From the NCBI RefSeq assembly GCF_009914755.1, contig NC_060933.1: a stretch of 64,000 nt of DNA. One strand, written 5' to 3'. Under the pieces are notes generated by a model, which saw nothing but the letters and a program-made list of their open reading frames with translations, was not told the origin of the DNA and did no database searches. The first letter of the stretch is position 1. Every line of letters starts with the position of its first letter. Position numbers and translations under genes: made by a program. Of this stretch, positions 14,590-27,539 are shown in pieces. The stretch comes from the human T2T-CHM13v2.0 reference genome, Homo sapiens.

Positions 14590-17500
14590 TTCCATTCCAT
14601 TCCATTCCATTGCAATCGAGTTGATTCCATTGCTTTGCATTCCATTCCATTCCATTCCATTCCGGATGATTCCATTCCATTGCATTCCATTCCATTCCAT
14701 TCCCCTGCACTCGGGTTGATTCCATTCCATTCCACTCCATTCCGTTCCATTCCATTCCATTCCATTGTATTCGGGTTAATTCCATTCCATTCCATTCCAG
14801 TCCATTCCATTCCATTCCATTCCATTACAATCGAGTTGATTCCATTCCATTCCATTCCATTCCATTCCAGTCCTTTCCATTCCATTCCACTCGGGTTGAT
14901 TCCATTTTATTAGTTTCCATTCCATTCCATTCCCTTCCATTCCACTCTGCTGATTCCATTCCTTTCCATTCCACTCGAATACATTCCCTCCTATTCCACT
15001 CGGAACGATTCCATTCCATTCCATTCCATTCCATTCCATTCCATTCCATTCCATTCCATTCCATTCCATTTCGTTCCATTCCATTCTATTCCGTATCATT
15101 CCATTCCATTCCATTCCATTCCATTCCATTCCATTCCACTCGTGTTGATTGCATTCCTTTCCATTGCATTAGGTTTGAAGGCATTCCATTCCATTCCATT
15201 CCATTCCGTTCCATTCCATTACATTCCATTCCATTGTACTCGGGTTGATTCCAGTCCATTGCATTCCATTCCATTCCATTCCGGATGATTCCCTTCCATT
15301 GCATTCCATTCCTTTCCATTCCCCTGCACTCGGGTTGATTCCATTCCATTCCATTCCATTACATTCTGTTCCATTCCATTCCATTCCATTCGGATTTATT
15401 CTATTCAATTCCCTTACACTCCATTACATTCCATTCCATTCGGGTAGTTTCCATTCCATTCCATTACATTCCTCTCCATTCCATTGCACTCGGGTTGATT
15501 CCATTCCATTCCATTCCATTCCATTCCATTCCATTCCATTCCATTCCATTCCATTCCGTTTCATTGTATTCCATTCCATTACAATTACTTCCATTCCATT
15601 CTATTCCGTACCATTCCATTCCATTCCATACCATTCCATTCCATTCCATTCCATTCCATTCCATTGTATTCCATTCCATTACAATTACTTCCATTCCATT
15701 CTATTCCGTACCATTCCATTCCATTCCATACCATTCCATTCCATTCCATTCCATTCCATTCCATTCCGTTCCATTCCGTTCCATTCCGTTCCATTCCATT
15801 CCATTCCATTCTATTCGGGTTAATTCCGTTCCATTCCATTCCATCCCATTCCATTCCGTTCCATTCCATGCCATTACACTCGGGTTTATTCCATTCCTTT
15901 CCATTCCATTCTTGTTGAATCCATTCCATTCCATTCCATTCCATTCAAATCCATTCTATTGCACTCGGGTTGATTCCATTCCATTCCATTCCATTCCATT
16001 TCATTCCATTCCATTCCACTACATTCGGATTTATTCTATTCAATTCCCTTACACTCCATTACATTCCATTCCATTCGGGATGTTTCCATTCCATTCCATT
16101 CCATTCCACTCCATTCCATTGCATCAGGTTGATGGCATTCCATTCCATTCCATTCCATTCCGGATGATTCCATTCCATTGCATTCCATTCCATTCCATTC
16201 CCCTGCACTCGGGTTGATTCCATTCCATTCCATTCCATTCCATTCCATTCCGTTCCATTCCATTCCATTCCATTCTATTCCGGTTAATTCCATTCCATTA
16301 CATTCGATTCCATTCCATTCCCTTCCATTCCATTGCAATCGAGTTGATTCCATTCCATTCCATTCCATTCCGTTCCGGATGATTCCATTCCATTCCGTTC
16401 CATTCCATTCCACTCCATTCCATTCCCCTTCAGTCGGGTTGATTCCATTCCATTCCATTCCATTCCATTCCATTCTATTCCATTCCATTCCGTTCCATTC
16501 CATTCCATTACATTCTATTCGGGTTAATTCCATTCCATTCCATTCCATTCCATTCCATTCCATTCCAATCGAGTTGATTCCATTCCATTCCATTCCATTC
16601 CATTCCATTCCATTCCACTCCATTCCAGTCCTTTCCATTCCATTACATTCGGGTTGACTCCATTCTATTCCTTTCCATTCGATTCCATTCCATTGCAATC
16701 GAGTTGATTCCATTGCTTTGCATTCCATTCCATTCCATTCCATTCCATTCCGGATGATTCCATTCCGTTGCATTCCATTCCATTCCATTCCCCTGCACTC
16801 GGGTTGATTCCATTCCATTCCACTCCATTCCGTTCCATTCCATTCCATTCCATTGTATTCGGGTTAATTCCATTCCATTCCATTCCATTCCATTCCATTC
16901 CATTCCATTACAATCGAGTTGATTCCATTCCATTCCATTCCATTCCATTCCAGTCCTTTCCATTCCATTCCACTCGGGTTGATTCCATTCTATTAGTTTC
17001 CATTCCATTCCATTCCCTTCCATTCCACTCTGCTGATTCCATTCCTTTCCATTCCACTCGAATACATTCCCTCCTATTCCACTCGGAACGATTCCATTCC
17101 ATTCCATTCCATTCCATTCCATTCCATTCCATTCCATTCCATTCCATTTCGTTCCATTCCATTCTATTCTGTATCATTCCATTCCATTCCATTCCATTCC
17201 ATTCCATTCCATTCCACTCGTGTTGATTCCATTCCTTTCCATTCCATTAGGTTTGTAGGCATTCCATTCCATTCCATTCCATTCCATTCCATTCCATTCC
17301 ATTCCATTCCATTCCATTGTACTCGGGTTGATTCCATTCCATTGCATTCCATTCCATTCCATTCCGGATGATTCCATTCCATTGCATTCCATTCCATTCC
17401 ATTCCCCTGCACTCGGGTTGATTCCATTCCATTCCATTCCATTACATTCCGTTCCATTCCATTCCATTCCATTCGGATTGATTCTGTTCAATTCCCTTAC

Positions 17501-17600
17501 ACTCCATTACATTCCATTCCATTCGGGTAGTTTCCATTCCATTCCATTCCATTCCTCTCCATTCCATTGCACTCGGGTTGATTCCATTCCATTCCATTCC
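14590..17600 (+). repeat. ~0.9 kb direct repeat pair at offset 2,083 (about 14.6-15.5 kb vs 16.7-17.6 kb)
   Basis: Shared deletion variant ctctgctgatt at 14945/17028 and attaggtttg(a/t)aggcattc at ~15168/~17247. Confidence 0.75.
15561..15760 (+). repeat. 100-bp tandem duplication
   Basis: cattgtattccattccattacaattacttcc...ccgtacc...ccatacc occurs at ~15562 and ~15662. Confidence 0.85.
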
Positions 17601-20600
17601 ATTCCATTCCATTCCGGATGATTCCATTCCATTGCATTCCGTTCCATTACATTCCCCTGCACTCGCGTTGATTCCATTCCATTCCATTCCATTCCATTGA
17701 ATTCCATTCCATTACAATTCCTTCCATTCCATTCTATTCCGTACCGTTCCATTCCATTCCATACCTTTCCATTGCATTCCATTCCATTCCATTCCATTCC
17801 ATTCCACTCCATTCCAGTCCTTTCCATTCCATTCCAATCAGGTTGATTCCATTCTATTCCTTTCCATTCCATCTCTTTCCATTGCAATCGAGTTGATTCC
17901 ATTGCTTTGCATTCCATTCCATTCCATTCCATTCCGGATGATTCCATTCCATTCCATTCCATTCCATTCCATTCCCCTGCACTCGGGTTGAATCCATTCC
18001 ATTCCACTCCATTCCGTTCCATTCCATTCCATTCCATTCCATTCCATTGTATTCGGGTTAATTCCATTCCATTCCATTCCATTCCATTCCATTCCATTAC
18101 AATCGAGTTGATTCCATTCCATTCCATTCCATTCCATTCCAGTCCTTTCCATTCCATTCCACTCGGGTTGATTCCAATCTATTAGTTTCCATTCCATTCC
18201 ATTCCCTTCCATTCCACTCTGGTTGATTCCATTCCTTTCCATTCCACTCGAATACATTCCCTCCTATTCCACTCCGAACGATTGCATTCCATTCCATTCC
18301 ATTCCATTCCATTCCGTTCCATTCCATTCCATTACATTCGGATTGATACTATTCAATTCCCTTACACTCCATTACATTCCATTCCATTCGGGTAGTTTCC
18401 ATTCCATTCCATTCCATTCCTCTCCATTCCATTGCACTCGGGTTGATTCCACTCCAATGCATTCCATTCCATTCCATTCAATTCCATTCCGTTCCATTCC
18501 ATTCCATTACATTCGGATTGATTCTATTCAACTCCCTTACTCTCCATTACATTCCATTCCATTCGGGTTGTTCCATTCCATTCCATTCCATTCCACTCCA
18601 TTCCATTGCACTCGGGTTGATTCCATTCCATTCCATTCCATTCCATTCCATTCCATTCCACTCCATTCCGGATGATTCCATTCCATTACATTCCGTTCCA
18701 TTACATTGCCCTGCACTCGGGTTGATTCCATTCCATTCCATTCCATTCCATTCGATTCCATTCCATTCCAATTCTTTCCATTCCATTCTATTCCGTACCA
18801 TTCCATTCCATTCCATACAATTCCATTCCATTCCATTCCATTCCGTTCCGTTCCGTTCCGTTCCGTTCCGTTCCATTCCATTCCATTCCATTCTATTCGG
18901 GTTAATTCCATTCCATTCCATTCCATTCCATTCTATTCCATTCCATTGCAATCGAGTTGAATCCATTGCATTCCATTCCATTCCATTCCGGAAGATTCCA
19001 TTGCATTGCATTCCATTCCATTCCATTCCCCTGCACTCGTGTTGATTCCATTCCATTCCATTCCATTCCATTCCATTCCGATCCGTTCCATTCCATTCCA
19101 TTCCATTCCATTCCATTCCATTCCGTTCCGTTCCGTTCGATTCCATTCCATTCCATTCTATGCGGGTTAATTCCATTCCATTCCATTCCATTGCAATCGA
19201 GTTGATTCCATTCCATTCCATTCCATTCCATTCCATTCCATTCCATTCCATTCCATTCCTTTCCATTAAATTAAGTATGATTCCATTCCATTTCATTCCA
19301 TTCCATTCCATTCCCCTGTACTCGGGTTGATTCCATTCCATTCCATTCCAATCCATGCCATTCCACTCGTGTTGATTCCATTCTTTCCATTCCATTCAAG
19401 TTGAATCCATTCCATTGCATTCCATTCCATTCGATTCCATTTGATTGCACTCGGGTTGATTCCATGGCATTGCATTCCATTCCATTCCATTCCATTCCTT
19501 TCCATTCCATTCCATTCCATTCGGATTCATTCTATTCAATTCCCTTACACTCCATTACATTCCATTCCATTCGGGTAGTTTCCATTCCATTCCATTCCAT
19601 TCCTCTCCATTCCATTGCACTCGGGTTGATTCCATTCCATTCCATTCCATTCCATTCCATTCCATTCCATTCCGGATGATTCCATTCCGTTGAATTCCAT
19701 TCCTTTCCATTCCCCTGCACTTGGGTTGATTCCATTCCATTCCATTCCATTCCTTTCTGTTCCATTCCATTCCATTCCATTCCATTCTATTCGTGTTAAT
19801 TCCATTCCATTCTATTCCATTCCATTCCATTGAAATCGAGTTGATTCCATTCCATTCCATTCCATTCCATTCCATTCCATTCCATTCCTTTCCGGATGAT
19901 TCCATTGCATTGCATTCCATTCCATTCCATTCCCCTGCACTCGGGTTGATTCCATTCGATTCCATTGCATTACATTCCGTTCCATTCCGTTCCATATCAT
20001 TCTATTCGGGTTAATTCCATTCCATTGCATTCCACTCCATTCCAGTCCTTTCCATTCCATTCCACTCGGGTTGATTCCATTCTATTCCTTTCCATTCCAT
20101 TCCATTCCATTCCATTGCAATCGAGTTGATTCCATTCGAGTTGAATCCATTCCATTCCATTCCATTCCATTGCACACGGGTTCATTCCATTCCATTCCAT
20201 TCCATTCCATTCCATTTCATTCCATTCCATTCTATTCCGTACCATTCCATTCCATCCCATTCCATTCCGTTCTATTCCATGCCATTACACTCGGGTTGAT
20301 TCCATTCCTTTCCATTCCATTCTTGTTGAATCCATTCCATTCCATTCCATTCCATTCGAATCCATTCCATTGCACTCGGGTTGATTCCATTCCATTCCAT
20401 TCCATTCCATTTCATTCCAATCCATTCCATTACATTCGGATTGATTCTATTCAATTCCCTTACACTCCATTACATTCCATTCCATTCGGGATGTTTCCAT
20501 TCCATTCCATTCCATTCCACTCCTTTCCATTGCATCAGGTTGATGGCATTCCATTCCATTCCATTCCATTCCGGATGATTCCATTCCATTGCATTCCATT

Positions 20601-21190
20601 CCATTCCATTCCCCTGCACTCGGGTTGATTCCATTCCATTCCATTCCATTCCATTCCATTCCGTTCCATTCCATTCCATTCCATTCTATTCTGGTTAATT
20701 CCATTCCATTACATTCGATTCCATTCCATTCCCTTCCATTCCATTGCAATCGAGTTGATTCCATTCCATTCCATTCCATTCCGTTCCGGATGATTCCATT
20801 CCATTCCATTCCATTCCATTCCATTCCATTCCCCTGCAGTCGGGTTGATTCCATTCCATTAAATTCCATTCCATTCTATTCCATTCCATTCCGTTCCATT
20901 CCATTCCATTCCATTCTATTCGGGTGAATTCCATTCCATTCCATTCAATTCCATTCCATTCCATTCCATTCCATTCCATTCCAATCGAGTTGATTCCATT
21001 CCATTCCATTCCATTCCATTCCATTCCATTCCATTCCACTCCATTCCAGTCCTTTCCATTCCATTACACTCGGGTTGATTCCATTCTATTCCTTTCCATT
21101 CCATTCCATTCCATTGCAATCGAGTTGATTCCATTGCTTTGCATTCCATTCCATTCCATTCCCTTCCATTCCGGATGATTCCATTCCGTT
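15830..21190 (+). repeat. ~0.95 kb direct repeat pair at offset ~4,411 (15.83-16.78 kb vs 20.24-21.19 kb)
   Basis: Unique markers gcatcaggttgatggcatt (16121/20532), cttgttgaatcc and ttcgggatgtttcc are shared. Confidence 0.8.
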
Positions 21191-23865
21191 GCATTCCGTT
21201 CCATTACATTCCCCTGCACTCTGGTTTATTCCATTCCATTCCATTCCATTACATTCGATTCCATTCCATTCCCCTGCACTCGCGTTGATTCCATTCCATT
21301 CCATTCCATTCCATTCCATTCCTTTCCGTTCCATTCCATTCCATTCCATTCCGTTCCGTTCCATTCCATTCCATTCTATTCTATTCGCGTTAATTCCATT
21401 CCATTCCATTCGATTGCAATCGAGTTGATTCCATTCCATTCCATTCCATTCCATTCCATTCCATTCCATTCCATTCCTTTCCATTCCATTACGGATGATT
21501 CTATTCCATTGCATTCCATTCCATTCCATTCCCCTGTACTCGGGTGGATTCCATTGCATTCAATTCCATTCCATTCCCCTGCAGTCGGGTTGATTCCATT
21601 CCATTCAATTACATTCCATTCCATTCCATTCCACTCCGTTCCGTTCCGTTCCGTTCCGTTCCATTCCATTCCATTCCATTCTATTCGGGTTAATTCCATT
21701 CCATTCCATTCCATTCCATTCCATTCCATTCCTTTCCGTTCCATTCCATTCCATTCCATTCCATTCCATTCCGTTCCGTTCCATTCCATTCCATTCCATT
21801 CTATTCGCGTTAATTCCATTCCATTCCATTCGATTGCCATCGAGTTGATTCCATTCCATTCCATTCCATTCCATTCCATTCCATTCCATTCCATTCCTTT
21901 CCATTCCATTACGGATGATTCTATTCCATTGCATTCCATTCCATTCCATTCCCCTGTACTCGGGTTGATTCCATTGCATTCCATTCCATTCCATTCCCCT
22001 GCAGTCGGGTTGTTTCCATTCCATTCCATTCCATTCCATTCCATTCCATTCCGTTCCGTTCCGTTCCGTTCCATTCCACTCCATTCCATTCTATTCGGGT
22101 TAATTCCATTCCATTCCATTCCATTCCATTCCAATCGAGTTGATTCCATTCCATTCCATTCCATTCCATTCCATTCCAGTCCTTTCCATTCCATTCCACT
22201 CGGGTTGATTCCAATGTATTCCTTTCCATTCCATTCCATTCTATTGCAATCGAGTTGATTCCATTGCTTTGCATTCCATTCCATTCCATTCCATTCCGGA
22301 TGACTCCATTCCATTGCATTCCATTCCATTGCATTCCCCTGCACTCGGGTTGATTCCATTCCATTCCACTCCATTCCTTTGCATTCCATTCCATTCCATT
22401 GTATTCGGGTTAATTCCATTCCATTCCTTTCCATTCCATTCCATTCCATTCCATTCCATTGCATTCCATTGCATTCCATTGCATTCCATTCCCCTGCACT
22501 CAGGTTGATTCCATTCCATTCCATTCCATTCCATTCCATTCCGTTCCATTCCATTCCATTACATTCGGATTGATACTATTCAATTCCCTTACACTCCATT
22601 ACATTCCATTCCATTCGGGTAGTTTCCATTCCATTCCATTCCATTCCTCTCCATTCCATTGCACTCGGGTTGATTCCACTCCAATGCATTCCATTCCATT
22701 CCATTCAATTCCATTCCTTTCCATTCCATTCCATTACATTCGGATTGATTCTATTCAACTCCCTTACTCTCCATTACATTCCATTCCATTCGGGTTGTTC
22801 CATTCCATTCCATTGCATTCCACTCCATTCCATTGCACTCGGGTTGATTCCATTCCATTCCATTCCATTCCATTCCATTCCACTCCATTCCGGATGATTC
22901 CATTCCATTACATTCCGTTCCATTACATTGCCCTGCACTCGGGTTGATTCCATTCCATTCCATTCCATTCCATTCGATTCCATTCCATTCCAATTCTTTC
23001 CATTCCATTCTATTCCGTACCATTCCATTCCATTCCATACAATTCCATTCCATTCCATTCCATTCCGTTCCGTTCCGTTCCGTTCCGTTCCGTTCCGTTC
23101 CATTCCATTCCATTCTATTCGGGTTAATTCCATTCCATTCCATTCCATTCCATTCTATTCCATTCCATTGCAATCGAGTTGAATCCATTGCATTCCATTC
23201 CATTCCATTCCGGAAGATTCCATTGCATTGCATTCCATTCCATTCCATTCCCCTGCACTCGTGTTGATTCCATTCCATTCCATTCCATTCCATTCCATTC
23301 CGATCCGTTCCATTCCATTCCATTCCATTCCATTCCATTCCGTTCCGTTCCGTTCGATTCCATTCCATTCCATTCTATGCGGGTTAATTCCATTCCATTC
23401 CATTCCATTGCAATCGAGTTGATTCCATTCCATTCCATTCCATTCCATTCCATTCCATTCCATTCCATTCCTTTCCATTAAATTAAGTATGATTCCATTC
23501 CATTTCATTCCATTCCATTCCATTCCCCTGTACTCGGGTTGATTCCATTCCATTCCATTCCAATCCATGCCATTCCACTCGTGTTGATTCCATTCTTTCC
23601 ATTCCATTCAAGTTGAATCCATTCCATTGCATTCCATTCCATTCGATTCCATTTGATTGCACTCGGGTTGATTCCATGGCATTGCATTCCATTCCATTCC
23701 ATTCCATTCCTTTCCATTCCATTCCATTCCATTCGGATTCATTCTATTCAATTCCCTTACACTCCATTCCATTCCATTCCATTCGGGTAGTTTCCATTCC
23801 ATTCCATTCCATTCCTCTCCATTCCATTGCACTCGGGTTGATTCCATTCCATTCCATTCCATTCC
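18300..23865 (+). repeat. ~1.35 kb near-identical block pair (18.30-19.65 kb and 22.52-23.87 kb), offset ~4,212-4,227
   Basis: Shared unique variants ttgatactattc, ccactccaatgc, acattgccctgc, ccgatccgttcc, ctatgcgggtt, ccattaaattaagtatga (~19263/~23475) and ccatggcattgc. Confidence 0.9.
21300..22120 (+). repeat. ~410-420 bp tandem duplication
   Basis: ctattcgcgt at 21381/21801 and acggatgattctatt at 21491/21911. Confidence 0.8.
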
Positions 23866-26800
23866 ATTGCATTCCATTGCATTCCATTGCATTCCATTCC
23901 CCTGCACTCAGGTTGATTCCATTCCATTCCATTCCATTCCATTCCATTCTATTCGCGTTAATTCCATTCCACTCCATTCCATTACATTCCATTGCAATCG
24001 ACTTGATTCCATTCCATTCCATTCCATTCCATTCCATTCAAGTCCTTTCCATTCCATTCCACTCGTGTTGATTCCATTTTATTAGTTTCCATTCCATTCC
24101 ATTCCCTTCCATTCCACTCTGGTTGATTCCATTCCTTTCCATTCCACTCGAATTCATTCCCTTCTATTCCACTCGGAATGATTCCATTCCATTCCGTTCC
24201 ATTCCATTCCATTCCATTCCATTTCTTTCCATTCCATTTTATTCCGTACCATTCTATTCCATTCCATTCCATTCCATTCCATTCCATTCCATTCCATGCC
24301 ATTCCACTCGGGTTGATTCCATTGCTTTCCATTCCATTTGGGTTGAATCCATTCCATTCCATTCCATTCCATTCCATTCCATTCCATTCCATTCCATTCA
24401 ATTGCACTAAGTTTGATTCCATTCCACTGCATTCCATTCCATTCCATTCCATTGCATTCCATTCCATTCCATTCCATTCCATTCCCCTGCACTCGGGTTC
24501 ATTCCATTCCATTCCATTTACTTCCATTCCATTCCATTCCATTCTATTACATTTTATTCGGATTAATTCCATTCCATTCCATTCCATTCCATTCCATTCC
24601 ATTCCATTCCATTCCATTCCATTGCGATCGAGTTGATTCCATTCCATTCCATTCCATTCCGGATGATTCCATTCCATTGCCTTCAATTCCATTCCATTCC
24701 CCTGCACTCGGGTTGATTCCGTTCCATTCCATTCCATTCCATTCCATTCCATTCCATTTCATTCCGTTCCATTTCGTTCCATTCCATTCTATTCCGTACC
24801 ATTCCATTCCATTCCGTTCCATTCCATTCCATTCCATTCCATTCCATTCTATTCGGGTTAATTCCATTCCATTCCATTCCATTCCATTCCATTCCATTCC
24901 ATTCCATTGCAATCGAGTTGATTCCATTCCATTCCATTCAATTCCGGATGATTCCATTCCATTGCCTTCAATTCCATTCCATTTCCCTGCACTCGGGTTG
25001 ATTCCATTCCATTTCATTCCATTTCATTCCATTCCATTTCGTTCCATTCCATTCTATTCCTTACCATTCCATTCCATTCCATTCCATTCCATACCATTCT
25101 ATTCCGTTCCATTCCATTCCATTCCATTCCATTCCATTTCATTCCATTCCATTTCGTTCCATTCCATTCTATTCCGTACCATTCCATGCCATTCCATTCT
25201 ATTCCATTCCATTCCATTCCATTCCATTCCACTCCATTCCGTGCCATTCCACTCGGGTTGATTCCATTGCCTTCCATTCCATTCGAGTTGAATCCGTTCC
25301 ATTCCATTCCATTCCATTCCATTCCATTCCATTCCATTCCATTCCATTGCACACGGGTTCATTCCATTCCATTCCATTCCATTCCATTCCATTCCATTCC
25401 ATTTCGTTCCATTCCATTCTATTCTGTACCATTCCATTCCATTCAATTCCACTCCATTTCATGCCATTCCACTCGGGTTTATTCCATTTCTTTTCATTCC
25501 ATACGGGTTGAATCCATTCCATTCCATTCCATTCCATTCCTTTTGATTCCATTACATTGCACTCGGGATGATTCCATTCCATTCCATTCCATCCTATTCT
25601 CTTCCATTGCATGACATTCCACTCGGGTTGATTCCATTCCTTTCCATTCCATTCGAGTTGGACCCATTCCATTCCATTCCACTCCATTCCATTCCATTCC
25701 ATTCCAGTCCATTCCATTCCATTCCATTCCATTCCATTCCATTCCATTGCACACGATTTCATTCCACTCCATTCCATTCCATTCCATTCCATTCCATTCC
25801 ATTCCATTCCATTTCGCTCCATTCCATTCTATTCCGTACCATTCCATTCCATTCCATTCCATTCCATTCCATTCCATTCCATGCCATTCTACTCGGGTTG
25901 ATTCCATTCCTTTCCATTCCATTCGAGTAGAACCCATTCCATTCCATTCCATTCCATTCCATTCCATTCCATTCCATTGCACACGGGTTCATTTCATTCC
26001 ATTCCATTCCATTCCATTCCATTCCATTTCGTTCCATTCCATTCTATTCCATACCATTCCATTCCATTCCATTCCATTAGACTCCATTCCATGCCATTCC
26101 ACTCGGGTTTATTCCATTACTTTCCATTCCATTCGGGTTGAATCCATTCCATTCCATTCCATTCCATTCCATTCCATTACATTGCACTCGTGTTGTTTCC
26201 ATTCCATTCCATTCCATTCCATTCCATTCCATTCCATTCCTTTCCATGCCATTCCACTCGGGTTGATTCCATTCCATTCCATTCCATTCGAGTCGAACCC
26301 ATTCCATTCCATTCCATTCCATTCCAATCCATTGCACACGTTTTCATTCCATTCCTTTCCATTCCATTCTATTCCATTTCGTTCCATTCCATTCTATTCC
26401 GTACCATTCCATTCCATTCCATTCCATTCCACTCCATTTCATTCCATTCCATGCCATTCCACTCGGGTTTATTCCATTCCTTTCCATTCCATTCGGGTTG
26501 AATCCATTCCTTTCCATTCCATTCCGTTCAATTCCATTCCATTGCACTCGGGTTGATTCCATTCCATTCCATGCCATTCCATTTCATTCCGTTACATTCC
26601 ATTCCATTACATTCGGATTGATTCTTTTCAATTCCCTTACACTCCATTACATTCCATTCCATTCGGGTAGTTTCCATTCCATTCGATTCCATTACACTCC
26701 ATTGCATTGCACTCGGGTTGATTGATTCCATTCCATTGCATTCCATTCCATTCCATTCCATTCCGGATGATTCCATTCCATTGCTTTCCATTCCACTCCA

Positions 26801-27539
26801 TTCCCCTGCACTTGGGTTGATTCCATTCCATTCCATTCCATTCCGTTCCATTCCATTCCATTCCATTCCATTCCATTCTGTTCAGGCTAATTCCATTCCG
26901 TTCCATTCCATTCCATTCCATTCCATTCCATTCTGTTCAGGCTAATTCCATTCCATTCCATTCCATTCCATTCCATTCCATTCCATTCCATTCCATTGCA
27001 ATCTAGTTGATTCCATTGCATTCCATTCCATTCCATTCCATTGCATTCCATTCCCCTGCACTCAGGTTGATTCCATTCCATTCCATTCCATTCCATTCCA
27101 TTCCATTCCATTCCATTCTATTCGCGTTAATTCCATTCCATTCCATTCCTTTACATTCCATTGCAATCGAGTTGATTCCATTCCATTCCATTCCATTCCA
27201 TTCCATTCAAGTCCTTTCCATTCCATTCCACTCGTGTTGATTCCATTTTATTAGCTTCCATTCCATTCCATTCCCTTCCATTCCACTCTGGTTGATTCCA
27301 TTCCTTTCCATTCCACTGGAATTCATTCCCTTCTATTCCACTCGGAATGATTCCATTCCATTCCATTCCATTCCATTCCATTCCATTCCATTCCATTCCA
27401 TTTCGTTCCATTGCATTCTATTCCGTACCATTCCATTCCATTCCATTCCATGCCATTCCACTCGGGTTGATTCCATTGCTTATCATTCCATTTGGGTTGA
27501 ATCCATTCCATTCCATTCCATTCCATTCCATTCCATTCC

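Larger units (their letters stand above)
82..23221. promoter_or_regulatory. Twelve dispersed perfect three-unit heat-shock element motifs (aTTCcgGAAgaTTCc); putative sites
   Basis: attccggaagattcc starts at 82, 955, 1220, 2053, 6177, 6955, 7748, 10005, 13261, 13875, 18985 and 23207. It matches nTTCnnGAAnnTTCn. Motif match only, with no evidence of binding. Confidence 0.55.
1..23870 (+). repeat. HSat3 sequence domain A
   Basis: Characteristic motifs are ccggaagattcc, ttcaagttgaatcc, tcgattgcaatcga, cccctgtactcggg, attacggatgatt and gtgttgattccattctttcc. About 30 register shifts. Confidence 0.8.
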
